From Auanema rhodensis (Eukaryota; Animalia; Nematoda), in contig OZ059899.1 of the NCBI GenBank assembly GCA_964057225.1, positions 2,852,001-2,916,000 on the forward strand: a stretch of DNA of 64,000 nt. The letters are read 5' to 3'. The translations under genes and the position numbers were made by a program. Below, piece by piece: positions 40,601 through 54,700 of this stretch. Every line of letters starts with the position of its first letter. Positions within the stretch are counted from its first letter, which is position 1. The notes below the pieces were generated by a model, which saw nothing but the letters and a program-made list of their open reading frames with translations, did not search any database and had not been told where the DNA came from.

Positions 40601-43600
40601 CCGAGATATCAACTGATATAAGTTCACACTTATATCCTCGATTTTCACCCTGAAGAATTATTTTTTTCGTTGAATAACATTGTCCATCGTCTTTGCCTTG
40701 AAAAATGGAATCTAAAAACATCTACTTTTTGCTAAATTATTCTGAAATTTTTCAAAAAAATTTTTGTCAAAATGTTTTTGGTAGCAATGTTGAGTGTACA
40801 TGGAAACTCAACATACACTAATGCATCATTTTTCAAACGATCATAACTAATTTTTGTATCAAGCGTTTCTCAATGTAGTATAGTGCATTTGATGCGGATT
40901 TTTAAGCTGCGTCGATCTGTGTTATCAGATTTACGCTAGCTTAAAAATGCACCGAGATATCAACTGATATAAGTTCACACTTATATCCTCGATTTTCACC
41001 CTGAAGAATTGATTTTTTCGTTGAATAACATTGTTCATCGTCTTTGCCTTGAAAAAAAGAATTTAAAAACATCTACTTTTTGCTAAATTATTTTGAAATT
41101 TTTCGAAAAAATTTTTGTCAAAATGTTTTTGGAAGCAATGTTGAGTGTACATGGAAACTCAACATACACTAATGCATCATTTTTCAAACGATCATAACTA
41201 ATTTTTGTATCAAGCGTTTCTCAATGTAGTATAGTGCATTCGATGCGGATTTTTAAGTTGCGTCGATCTGTGTTATCAGATTTGCGCTAGCTTAAAAATG
41301 CACCGAGATATCAACTGATATAAGTTCACACTTATATCCTCGATTTTCACCCTGAAGAATTATTTTTTTCGTTGAATAACATTGTCCATCGTCTTTGCCT
41401 TGAAAAATGGAATCTAAAAACATCTACTTTTTGCTAAATTATTTCGAAATTTTTCGAAAAAATTTTTGTCAAAATGTTTTTGGAAGCAATGTTGAGTGTA
41501 CATGGAAACTCAACATACACTAATGCATCATTTCTCAAACGATCATAACTAATTTTTGTATTAAGTTTTTCTCAATGTAGTATAGTGCATTCGATGCGGA
41601 TTTTTAAGCTGCGTCAATCTGTGTTATCAGATTTGCGCTAGCTTAAAAATGCACCGAGATATCAACTGATATAAGTTCACACTTATATCCTCGATTTTCA
41701 CCCTGAAGAATTATTTTTTTCGTTGAATAACATTGTCCATCGTCTTTGCCTTGAAAAATGGAATCTAAAAACATCTACTTTTTGCTAAATTATTTCGAAA
41801 TTTTTCGAAAAAATTTTTGTCAAAATGTTTTTGGAAGCAATGTTGAGTGTACATGGAAACTCAACATACACTAATGCATCATTTCTCAAACGATCATAAC
41901 TAATTTTTGTATTAAGTTTTTCTCAATGTAGTATAGTGCATTCGATGCGGATTTTTAAGCTGCGTCGATCTGTGTTATCAGATTTGCGCTAGCTTAAAAA
42001 TGCACCGAGATATCAACTGATATAAGTTCACACTTATATCCTCGATTTTCACCCTGAAGAATTATTTTTTTCGTTGAATAACATTGTCCATCGTCTTTGC
42101 CTTGAAAAATGGAATCTAAAAACATCTACTTTTTGCTAAATTATTCTGAAATTTTTCAAAAAAATTTTTGTCAAAATGTTTTTGGTAGCAATGTTGAGTG
42201 TACATGGAAACTCAACATACACTAATGCATCATTTTTCAAACGATCATAACTAATTTTTGTATCAAGCGTTTCTCAATGTAGTATAGTGCATTTGATGCG
42301 GATTTTTAAGCTGCGTCGATCTGTGTTATCAGATTTACGCTAGCTTAAAAATGCACCGAGATATCAACTGATATAAGTTCACACTTATATCCTCGATTTT
42401 CACCCTGAAGAATTGATTTTTTCGTTGAATAACATTGTTCATCGTCTTTGCCTTGAAAAAAAGAATTTAAAAACATCTACTTTTTGCTAAATTATTTTGA
42501 AATTTTTCGAAAAAATTTTTGTCAAAATGTTTTTGGAAGCAATGTTGAGTGTACATGGAAACTCAACATACACTAATGCATCATTTTTCAAACGATCATA
42601 ACTAATTTTTGTATCAAGCGTTTCTCAATGTAGTATAGTGCATTCGATGCGGATTTTTAAGTTGCGTCGATCTGTGTTATCAGATTTGCGCTAGCTTAAA
42701 AATGCACCGAGATATCAACTGATATAAGTTCACACTTATATCCTCGATTTTCACCCTGAAGAATTATTTTTTTCGTTGAATAACATTGTCCATCGTCTTT
42801 GCCTTGAAAAATGGAATCTAAAAACATCTACTTTTTGCTAAATTATTTCGAAATTTTTCGAAAAAATTTTTGTCAAAATGTTTTTGGAAGCAATGTTGAG
42901 TGTACATGGAAACTCAACATACACTAATGCATCATTTCTCAAACGATCATAACTAATTTTTGTATTAAGTTTTTCTCAATGTAGTATAGTGCATTCGATG
43001 CGGATTTTTAAGCTGCGTCGATCTGTGTTATCAGATTTGCGCTAGCTTAAAAATGCACCGAGATATCAACTGATATAAGTTCACACTTATATCCTCGATT
43101 TTCACCCTGAAGAATTATTTTTTTCGTTGAATAACATTGTCCATCGTCTTTGCCTTGAAAAATGGAATCTAAAAACATCTACTTTTTGCTAAATTATTCT
43201 GAAATTTTTCAAAAAAATTTTTGTCAAAATGTTTTTGGTAGCAATGTTGAGTGTACATGGAAACTCAACATACACTAATGCATCATTTTTCAAACGATCA
43301 TAACTAATTTTTGTATTAAGCGTTTCTCAATGTAGTATAGTGCATTCGATGCGGATTTTTAAGCTGCGTCGATCTGTGTTATCAGATTTGCGCTAGCTTA
43401 AAAATGCACCGAGATATCAATTGATATAAGTTCACACTTATATCCTCGATTTTCACCCTGAAGAATTATTTTTTTCGTTGAATAACATTGTCCATCGTCT
43501 TTGCCTTGTAAAATGGAATCTAAAAACATCTACTTTTTGCTAAATTATTTTGAAATTTTTGGAAAAAATTTTTGTCAAAATGTTTTTGGAAGCAATGTTG

Positions 43601-46600
43601 AGTGTACATGGAAACTCAACATACACTAATGCATCATTTTTCAAACGATCATAACTAATTTTTGTATCAAGCGTTTCTCAATGTAGTATAGTGCATTTGA
43701 TGCGGATTTTTAAGCTGCGTCGATCTGTGTTATCAGATTTGCGGTAGCTTAAAAATGCACCGAGATATCAACTGATATAAGTTCACACTTATATCCTCGA
43801 TTTTCACCCTGAAGAATTAATTTTTTCGTTGAATAACATTGTCCATCGTCTTTGCCTTGAAAAACGGAATCTAAAAACATCTACTTTTTGCTAAATTATT
43901 TTGAAATTTTTCAAAAAAAGTTTTGTCAAAATGTTTTTGGAAGCAATGTTGAGTGTACATGGAAACTCAACATACACTAATGCATCATTTTTCAAACGAT
44001 CATAACTAATTTTTGTATTAAGCGTTTCTCAATGTAGTATAGTGCATTCGATGCGGATTTTTAAGCTGCGTCGATCTGTGTTATCAGATTTGCGCTAGCT
44101 TAAAAATGCACCGAGATATCAACTGATATAAGTTCACACTTATATCCTCAATTTTCACCCTGAAGAATTAATTTTTTCGTTGAATAACATTGTCCATCGT
44201 CTTTGCCTTGAGAAATGGAATCTAAAAACATCTACTTTTTGCTAAATTTATTTGAAATTTTTCGAAAAAATTTTTGTCAAAATGTTTTTGGAAGCAATGT
44301 TGAGTGTACATGGAAACTCAACATACACTAATGCATCATTTTTCAAACGATCATAACTAATTTTTGTATCAAGCGTTTCTCAATGTAGTATAGTGCATTT
44401 GATGCGGATTTTTAAGCTGCGTCGATCTGTGTTATCAGATTTGCGCTAGCTTAAAAATGCACCGAGATATCAACTGATATAAGTTCACACTTATATCCTC
44501 GATTTTCACCCTGAAGAATTATTTTTTTCGTTGAATAACATTGTCCATCGTCTTTGCCTTGAAAAACGGAATCTAAAAACATCTACTTTTTGCTAAATTA
44601 TTTTGAAATTTTTCAAAAAAAGTTTTGTCAAAATGTTTTTGGAAGCAATGTTGAGTGTACATGGAAACTCAACATACACTAATGCATCATTTTTCAAACG
44701 ATCATAACTAATTTTTGTATTAAGCGTTTCTCAATGTAGTATAGTGCATTCGATGCGGATTTTTAAGCTGCGTCGATCTGTGTTATCAGATTTGCGGTAG
44801 CTTAAAAATGCACCGAGATATCAACTGATATAAGTTCACACTTATATCCTCGATTTTCACCCTGAAGAATTAATTTTTTCGTTGAATAACATTGTCCATC
44901 GTCTTTGCCTTGAAAAACGGAATCTAAAAACATCTACTTTTTGCTAAATTATTTTGAAATTTTTCAAAAAAAGTTTTGTCAAAATGTTTTTGGAAGCAAT
45001 GTTGAGTGTACATGGAAACTCAACATACACTAATGCATCATTTTTCAAACGATCATAACTAATTTTTAAATTAAGCGTTTCTCAATGTAGTATAGTGCAT
45101 TCGATGCGGATTTTTAAGCTGCGTCGATCTGTGTTATCAGATTTGCGCTAGCTTAAAAATGCACCGAGATATCAACTGATATAAGTTCACACTTATATCC
45201 TCAATTTTCACCCTGAAGAATTAATTTTTTCGTTGAATAACATTGTCCATCGTCTTTGCCTTGAGAAATGGAATCTAAAAACATCTACTTTTTGCTAAAT
45301 TTATTTGAAATTTTTCGAAAAAATTTTTGTCAAAATGTTTTTGGAAGCACTGTTGAGTGTACATGGAAACTCAACATACACTAATGCATCATTTTTCAAA
45401 CGATCATAACTAATTTTTGTATCAAGCGTTTCTCAATGTAGTATAGTGCATTTGATGCGGATTTTTAAGCTGCGTCGATCTGTGTTATCAGATTTGCGCT
45501 AGCTTGAAAATGCACCGAGATATCAACTGATATAAGTTCACACTTATATCCTCGATTTTCACCCTGAAGAATTATTTTTTTCGTTGAATAACATTGTCCA
45601 TCGTCTTTGCCTTGAAAAACGGAATCTAAAAACATCTACTTTTTGCTAAATTATTTTGAAATTTTTCAAAAAAAGTTTTGTCAAAATGTTTTTGGAAGCA
45701 ATGTTGAGTGTACATGGAAACTCAACATACACTAATGCATCATTTTTCAAACTATCATAACTAATTTTTGTATTAAGCGTTTCTCAATGTAGTATAGTGC
45801 ATTCGATGCGGATTTTTAAGCTGCGTCGATCTGTGTTATCAGATTTGCGCTAGCTTAAAAATGCACCGAGATATCAATTGATATAAGTTCACACTTATAT
45901 CCTCGATTTTCACCCTGAAGAATTATTTTTTTCGTTGAATAACATTGTCCATCGTCTTTGCCTTGTAAAATGGAATCTAAAAACATCTACTTTTTGCTAA
46001 ATTATTTTGAAATTTTTGGAAAAAATTTTTGTCAAAATGTTTTTGGAAGCAATGTTGAGTGTACATGGAAACTCAACATACACTAATGCATCATTTTTCA
46101 AACGATCATAACTAATTTTTGTATCAAGCGTTTCTCAATGTAGTATAGTGCATTTGATGCGGATTTTTAAGCTGCGTCGATCTGTGTTATCAGATTTGCG
46201 GTAGCTTAAAAATGCACCGAGATATCAACTGATATAAGTTCACACTTATATCCTCGATTTTCACCCTGAAGAATTAATTTTTTCGTTGAATAACATTGTC
46301 CATCGTCTTTGCCTTGAAAAACGGAATCTAAAAACATCTACTTTTTGCTAAATTATTTTGAAATTTTTCAAAAAAAGTTTTGTCAAAATGTTTTTGGAAG
46401 CAATGTTGAGTGTACATGGAAACTCAACATACACTAATGCATCATTTTTCAAACGATCATAACTAATTTTTGTATTAAGCGTTTCTCAATGTAGTATAGT
46501 GCATTCGATGCGGATTTTTAAGCTGCGTCAATCTGTGTTATCAGATTTGCGCTAGCTTAAAAATGCACCGAGATATCAACTGATATAAGTTCACACTTAT

Positions 46601-48787
46601 ATCCTCAATTTTCACCCTGAAGAATTAATTTTTTCGTTGAATAACATTGTCCATCGTCTTTGCCTTGAGAAATGGAATCTAAAAACATCTACTTTTTGCT
46701 AAATTTATTTGAAATTTTTCGAAAAAATTTTTGTCAAAATGTTTTTGGAAGCAATGTTGAGTGTACATGGAAACTCAACATACACTAATGCATCATTTTT
46801 CAAACGATCATAACTAATTTTTGTATCAAGCGTTTCTCAATGTAGTATAGTGCATTTGATGCGGATTTTTAAGCTGCGTCGATCTGTGTTATCAGATTTG
46901 CGTTAGCTTAAAAATGCACCGAGATATCAACTGATATAAGTTCACACTTATATCCTCGATTTTCACCCTGAAGAATTATTTTTTTCGTTGAATAACATTG
47001 TCCATCGTCTTTGCCTTGAAAAACGGAATCTAAAAACATCTACTTTTTGCTAAATTATTTTGAAATTTTTCAAAAAAAGTTTTGTCAAAATGTTTTTGGA
47101 AGCAATGTTGAGTGTACATGGAAACTCAACATACACTAATGCATCATTTTTCAAACGATCATAACTAATTTTTGTATTAAGCGTTTCTCAATGTAGTATA
47201 GTGCATTCGATGCGGATTTTTAAGCTGCGTCGATCTGTGTTATCAGATTTGCGCTAGCATAAAAATGCACCGAGATATCAACTGATATAAGTTCACACTT
47301 ATATCCTCAATTTTCACCCTGAAGAATTAATTTTTTCGTTGAATAACATTGTCCATCGTCTTTGCCTTGAGAAATGGAATCTAAAAACATCTACTTTTTG
47401 CTAAATTTATTTGAAATTTTTCGAAAAAATTTTTGTCAAAATGTTTTTGGAAGCAATGTTGAGTGTACATGGAAACTCAACATACACTAATGCATCATTT
47501 TTCAAACGATCATAACTAATTTTTGTATCAAGCGTTTCTCAATGTAGTATAGTGCATTTGATGCGGATTTTTAAGCTGCGTCGATCTGTGTTATCAGATT
47601 TGCGCTAGCTTAAAAATGCACCGAGATATCAACTGATATAAGTTCACACTTATATCCTCGATTTTCACCCTGAAGAATTGATTTTTTCGTTGAATAACAT
47701 TGTTCATCGTCTTTGCCTTGAAAAAAAGAATTTAAAAACATCTACTTTTTGCTAAATTATTTTGAAATTTTTCGAAAAAATTTTTGTCAAAATGTTTTTG
47801 GAAGCAATGTTGAGTGTACATGGAAACTCAACATACACTAATGCATCATTTTTCAAACGATCATAACTAATTTTTGTATCAAGCGTTTCTCAATGTAGTA
47901 TAGTGCATTCGATGCGGATTTTTAAGTTTCGTCGATCTGTGTTATCAGATTTGCGCTAGCTTAAAAATGCACCGAGATATCAACTGATATAAGTTCACAC
48001 TTATATCCTCGATTTTCACCCTGAAGAATTATTTTTTTCGTTGAATAACATTGTCCATCGTCTTTGCCTTGAAAAATGGAATCTAAAAACATCTACTTTT
48101 TGCTAAATTATTTCGAAATTTTTCGAAAAAATTTTTGTCAAAATGTTTTTGGAAGCAATGTTGAGTGTACATGGAAACTCAACATACACTAATGCATCAT
48201 TTTTCAAACGATCATAACTAATTTTTGTATTAAGTTTTTCTCAATGTAGTATAGTGCATTCGATGCGGATTTTTAAGCTGCGTCGATCTGTGTTATCAGA
48301 TTTGCGCTAGCTTAAAAATGCACCGAGATATCAACTGATATAAGTTCACACTTATATCCTCGATTTTCACCCTGAAGAATTATTTTTTTCGTTGAATAAC
48401 ATTGTCCATCGTCTTTGCCTTGAAAAATGGAATCTAAAAACATCTACTTTTTGCTAAATTATTCTGAAATTTTTCAAAAAAATTTTTGTCAAAATGTTTT
48501 TGGTAGCAATGTTGAGTGTACATGGAAACTCAACATACACTAATGCATCATTTTTCAAACGATCATAACTAATTTTTGTATTAAGCGTTTCTCAATGTAG
48601 TATAGTGCATTCGATGCGGATTTTTAAGCTGCGTCGATCTGTGTTATCAGATTTGCGCTAGCTTAAAAATGCACCGAGATATCAATTGATATAAGTTCAC
48701 ACTTATATCCTCGATTTTCACCCTGAAGAATTATTTTTTTCGTTGAATAACATTGTCCATCGTCTTTGCCTTGTAAAATGGAATCTA
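13688..48787. repeat. Satellite subfamily domain B, a degenerate higher-order cycle of about six monomer types
   Basis: Recurrent haplotypes: P (CAAAAAAAGTTT, CTCAATT, TTGAGAAA), Q (TTTATTTG, TTTGATG, ATTGATT, AAAAGAATTT), R (AAGTTGCG), S (TTTCGAAA, AAGTTTTT), T (TTCTGA, GGTAG, CAATTG, TTGTAAAA), U (TTTTTGG, GCGGTAG, AAAACGG). They are often in order, e.g. R-S-T-U-P-Q from 42470 and P-Q-R-S-T from 47033. Confidence 0.75.
32291..37204. repeat. Island of 'V-type' monomers inside domain B
   Basis: The haplotype AAGCCTTT + TTTTCAAGCT + TTTTCTTGTT + GTCTATC appears in monomers starting 32291, 32993, 34748, 35801 and 36503, and is then absent until 48788. Confidence 0.8.
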
Positions 48788-51700
48788 AAAACATCTACTT
48801 TTTGCTAAATTATTTTGAAATTTTTGGAAAAAATTTTTGTCAAAATGTTTTTGGAAGCAATGTTGAGTGTACATGGAAACTCAACATACACTAATGCATC
48901 ATTTTTCAAACGATCATAACTAATTTTTGTATTAAGCCTTTCTCAATGTAGTATAGTGCATTCGATGCGGATTTTCAAGCTGCGTCGATCTGTGTTATCA
49001 GATTTGCGCTAGCTTAAAAATGCACCGAGATATCAACTGATATAAGTTCACACTTATATCCTCGATTTTCACCCTGAAGAATTAATTTTCTTGTTGAATA
49101 ACATTGTCTATCGTCTTTGCCTTGAAAAATGGAATCTAAAAACATCTACTTTTTGCTAAATTATTCTGAAATTTTTCAAAAAAATTTTTGTCAAAATGTT
49201 TTTGGAAGCAATGTTGAGTGTACATGGAAACTCAACATACACTAATGCATCATTTTTCAAACGATCATAACTAATTTTTGTATTAAGCGTTTCTCAATGT
49301 AGTATAGTGCATTCGATGCGGATTTTTAAGCTGCGTCGATCTGTGTTATCAGATTTGCGCTAGCTTAAAAATGCACCGAGATATCAATTGATATAAGTTC
49401 ACACTTATATCCTCGATTTTCACCCTGAAGAATTGATTTTTTCGTTGAATAACATTGTCCATCGTCTTTGCCTTGAAAAAAAGAATTTAAAAACATCTAC
49501 TTTTTGCTAAATTATTTTGAAATTTTTGGAAAAAATTTTTGTCAAAATGTTTTTGGAAGCAATGTTGAGTGTACATGGAAACTCAACATACACTAATGCA
49601 TCATTTTTCAAACGATCATAACTAATTTTTGTATTAAGCCTTTCTCAATGTAGTATAGTGCATTCGATGCGGATTTTTAAGTTTCGTCGATCTGTGTTAT
49701 CAGATTTGCGCTAGCTTAAAAATGCACCGAGATATCAACTGATATAAGTTCACACTTATATCCTCGATTTTCACCCTGAAGAATTATTTTTTTCGTTGAA
49801 TAACATTGTCCATCGTCTTTGCCTTGAAAAATGGAATCTAAAAACATCTACTTTTTGCTAAATTATTTCGAAATTTTTCGAAAAAATTTTTGTCAAAATG
49901 TTTTTGGAAGCAATGTTGAGTGTACATGGAAACTCAACATACACTAATGCATCATTTTTCAAACGATCATAACTAATTTTTGTATTAAGTTTTTCTCAAT
50001 GTAGTATAGTGCATTCGATGCGGATTTTTAAGCTGCGTCGATCTGTGTTATCAGATTTGCGCTAGCTTAAAAATGCACCGAGATATCAACTGATATAAGT
50101 TCACACTTATATCCTCGATTTTCACCCTGAAGAATTATTTTTTTCGTTGAATAACATTGTCCATCGTCTTTGCCTTGAAAAATGGAATCTAAAAACATCT
50201 ACTTTTTGCTAAATTATTTTGAAATTTTTCGAAAAAATTTTTGTCAAAATGTTTTTGGAAGCAATGTTGAGTGTACATGGAAACTCAACATACACTAATG
50301 CATCATTTTTCAAACGATCATAACTAATTTTTGTATTAAGCGTTTCTCAATGTAGTATAGTGCTTTCGATGCGGATTTTTAAGTTTCGTCGATCTGTGTT
50401 ATCAGATTTGCGCTAGCTTAAAAATGCACCGAGATATCAACTGATATAAGTTCACACTTATATCCTCGATTTTCACCCTGAAGAATTATTTTTTTCGTTG
50501 AATAACATTGTCCATCGTCTTTGCCTTGAAAAATGGAATCTAAAAACATCTACTTTTTGCTAAATTATTTCGAAATTTTTCGAAAAAATTTTTGTCAAAA
50601 TGTTTTTGGAAGCAATGTTGAGTGTACATGGAAACTCAACATACACTAATGCATCATTTTTCAAACGATCATAACTAATTTTTGTATTAAGTTTTTCTCA
50701 ATGTAGTATAGTGCATTCGATGCGGATTTTTAAGCTGCGTCGATCTGTGTTATCAGATTTGCGCTAGCTTAAAAATGCACCGAGATATCAACTGATATAA
50801 GTTCACACTTATATCCTCGATTTTCACCCTGAAGAATTATTTTTTTCGTTGAATAACATTGTCTATCGTCTTTGCCTTGAAAAATGGAATCTAAAAACAT
50901 CTACTTTTTGCTAAATTATTCTGAAATTTTTCAAAAAAATTTTTGTCAAAATGTTTTTGGTAGCAATGTTGAGTGTACATGGAAACTCAACATACACTAA
51001 TGCATCATTTTTCAAACGATCATAACTAATTTTTGTATTAAGCGTTTCTCAATGTAGTATAGTGCATTCGATGCGGATTTTCAAGCTGCGTCGATCTGTG
51101 TTATCAGATTTGCGCTAGCTTAAAAATGCACCGAGATATCAATTGATATAAGTTCACACTTATATCCTCGATTTTCACCCTGAAGAATTATTTTTCTTGT
51201 TGAATAACATTGTCCATCGTCTTTGCCTTGAAAAATGGAATCTAAAAACATCTACTTTTTGCTAAATTATTTTGAAATTTTTGGAAAAAATTTTTGTCAA
51301 AATGTTTTTGGAAGCAATGTTGAGTGTACATGGAAACTCAACATACACTAATGCATCATTTTTCAAACGATCATAACTAATTTTTGTATTAAGCGTTTCT
51401 CAATGTAGTATAGTGCATTCGATGCGGATTTTTAAGCTGCGTCGATCTGTGTTATCAGATTTGCGCTAGCTTAAAAATGCACCGAGATATCAACTGATAT
51501 AAGTTCACACTTATATCCTCGATTTTCACCCTGAAGAATTATTTTTTTCGTTGAATAACATTGTCCATCGTCTTTGCCTTGAAAAATGGAATCTAAAAAC
51601 ATCTACTTTTTGCTAAATTATTTTGAAATTTTTCGAAAAAATTTTTGTCAAAATGTTTTTGGAAGCAATGTTGAGTGTACATGGAAACTCAACATACACT

Positions 51701-54700
51701 AATGCATCATTTTTCAAACGATCATAACTAATTTTTGTATTAAGCGTTTCTCAATGTAGTATAGTGCTTTCGATGCGGATTTTTAAGTTTCGTCGATCTG
51801 TGTTATCAGATTTGCGCTAGCTTAAAAATGCACCGAGATATCAACTGATATAAGTTCACACTTATATCCTCGATTTTCACCCTGAAGAATTATTTTTTTC
51901 GTTGAATAACATTGTCCATCGTCTTTGCCTTGAAAAATGGAATCTAAAAACATCTACTTTTTGCTAAATTATTTCGAAATTTTTCGAAAAAATTTTTGTC
52001 AAAATGTTTTTGGAAGCAATGTTGAGTGTACATGGAAACTCAACATACACTAATGCATCATTTTTCAAACGATCATAACTAATTTTTGTATTAAGTTTTT
52101 CTCAATGTAGTATAGTGCATTCGATGCGGATTTTTAAGCTGCGTCGATCTGTGTTATCAGATTTGCGCTAGCTTAAAAATGCACCGAGATATCAACTGAT
52201 ATAAGTTCACACTTATATCCTCGATTTTCACCCTGAAGAATTATTTTTTTCGTTGAATAACATTGTCTATCGTCTTTGCCTTGAAAAATGGAATCTAAAA
52301 ACATCTACTTTTTGCTAAATTATTCTGAAATTTTTCAAAAAAATTTTTGTCAAAATGTTTTTGGTAGCAATGTTGAGTGTACATGGAAACTCAACATACA
52401 CTAATGCATCATTTTTCAAACGATCATAACTAATTTTTGTATTAAGCGTTTCTCAATGTAGTATAGTGCATTCGATGCGGATTTTCAAGCTGCGTCGATC
52501 TGTGTTATCAGATTTGCGCTAGCTTAAAAATGCACCGAGATATCAATTGATATAAGTTCACACTTATATCCTCGATTTTCACCCTGAAGAATTATTTTTC
52601 TTGTTGAATAACATTGTCCATCGTCTTTGCCTTGAAAAATGGAATCTAAAAACATCTACTTTTTGCTAAATTATTTTGAAATTTTTGGAAAAAATTTTTG
52701 TCAAAATGTTTTTGGAAGCAATGTTGAGTGTACATGGAAACTCAACATACACTAATGCATCATTTTTCAAACGATCATAACTAATTTTTGTATTAAGCGT
52801 TTCTCAATGTAGTATAGTGCATTCGATGCGGATTTTTAAGCTGCGTCGATCTGTGTTATCAGATTTGCGCTAGCTTAAAAATGCACCGAGATATCAATTG
52901 ATATAAGTTCACACTTATATCCTCGATTTTCACCCTGAAGAATTATTTTTTTCGTTGAATAACATTGTCTATCGTCTTTGCCTTGTAAAATGGAATCTAA
53001 AAACATCTACTTTTTGCTAAATTATTCTGAAATTTTTGGAAAAAATTTTTGTCAAAATGTTTTTGGAAGCAATGTTGAGTGTACATGGAAACTCAACATA
53101 CACTAATGCATCATTTTTCAAACGATCATAACTAATTTTTGTATTAAGCCTTTCTCAATGTAGTATAGTGCATTCGATGCGGATTTTCAAGCTGCGTCGA
53201 TCTGTGTTATCAGATTTGCGCTAACTTAAAAATGCACCGAGATATCAACTGATATAAGTTCACACTTATATCCTCGATTTTCACCCTGAAGAATTATTTT
53301 TTTCGTTGAATAACATTGTCCATCGTCTTTGCCTTGAAAAATGGAATCTAAAAACATCTACTTTTTGCTAAATTATTTTGAAATTTTTCAAAAAAATTTT
53401 TGTCAAAATGTTTTTGGTAGCAATGTTGAGTGTACATGGAAACTCAACATACACTAATGCATCATTTTTCAAACGATCATAACTAATTTTTGTATTAAGC
53501 GTTTCTCAATGTAGTATAGTGCTTTCGATGCGGATTTTTAAGTTTCGTCGATCTGTGTTATCAGATTTGCGCTAGCTTAAAAATGCACCGAGATATCAAT
53601 TGATATAAGTTCACACTTATATCCTCGATTTTCACCCTGAAGAATTATTTTTTTCGTTGAATAACATTGTCCATCGTCTTTGCCTTGAAAAATGGAATCT
53701 AAAAACATCTACTTTTTGCTAAATTATTTTGAAATTTTTGGAAAAAATTTTTGTCAAAATGTTTTTGGAAGCAATGTTGAGTGTACATGGAAACTCAACA
53801 TACACTAATGCATCATTTTTCAAACGATCATAACTAATTTTTGTATTAAGCGTTTCTCAATGTAGTATAGTGCATTCGATGCGGATTTTTAAGCTGCGTC
53901 GATCTGTGCTATCAGATTTGCGCTAGCTTGAAAATGCACCGAGATATCAATTGATATAAGTTCACACTTATATCCTCGATTTTCACCCTGAAGAATTATT
54001 TTTTTCGTTGAATAACATTGTCTATCGTCTTTGCCTTGTAAAATGGAATCTAAAAACATCTACTTTTTGCTAAATTATTCTGAAATTTTTGGAAAAAATT
54101 TTTGTCAAAATGTTTTTGGAAGCAATGTTGAGTGTACATGGAAACTCAACATACACTAATGCATCATTTTTCAAACGATCATAACTAATTTTTGTATTAA
54201 GCCTTTCTCAATGTAGTATAGTGCATTCGATGCGGATTTTCAAGCTGCGTCGATCTGTGTTATCAGATTTGCGCTAACTTAAAAATGCACCGAGATATCA
54301 ACTGATATAAGTTCACACTTATATCCTCGATTTTCACCCTGAAGAATTATTTTTTTCGTTGAATAACATTGTCCATCGTCTTTGCCTTGAAAAATGGAAT
54401 CTAAAAACATCTACTTTTTGCTAAATTATTTTGAAATTTTTCAAAAAAATTTTTGTCAAAATGTTTTTGGTAGCAATGTTGAGTGTACATGGAAACTCAA
54501 CATACACTAATGCATCATTTTTCAAACGATCATAACTAATTTTTGTATTAAGCGTTTCTCAATGTAGTATAGTGCTTTCGATGCGGATTTTTAAGTTTCG
54601 TCGATCTGTGTTATCAGATTTGCGCTAGCTTAAAAATGCACCGAGATATCAATTGATATAAGTTCACACTTATATCCTCGATTTTCACCCTGAAGAATTA

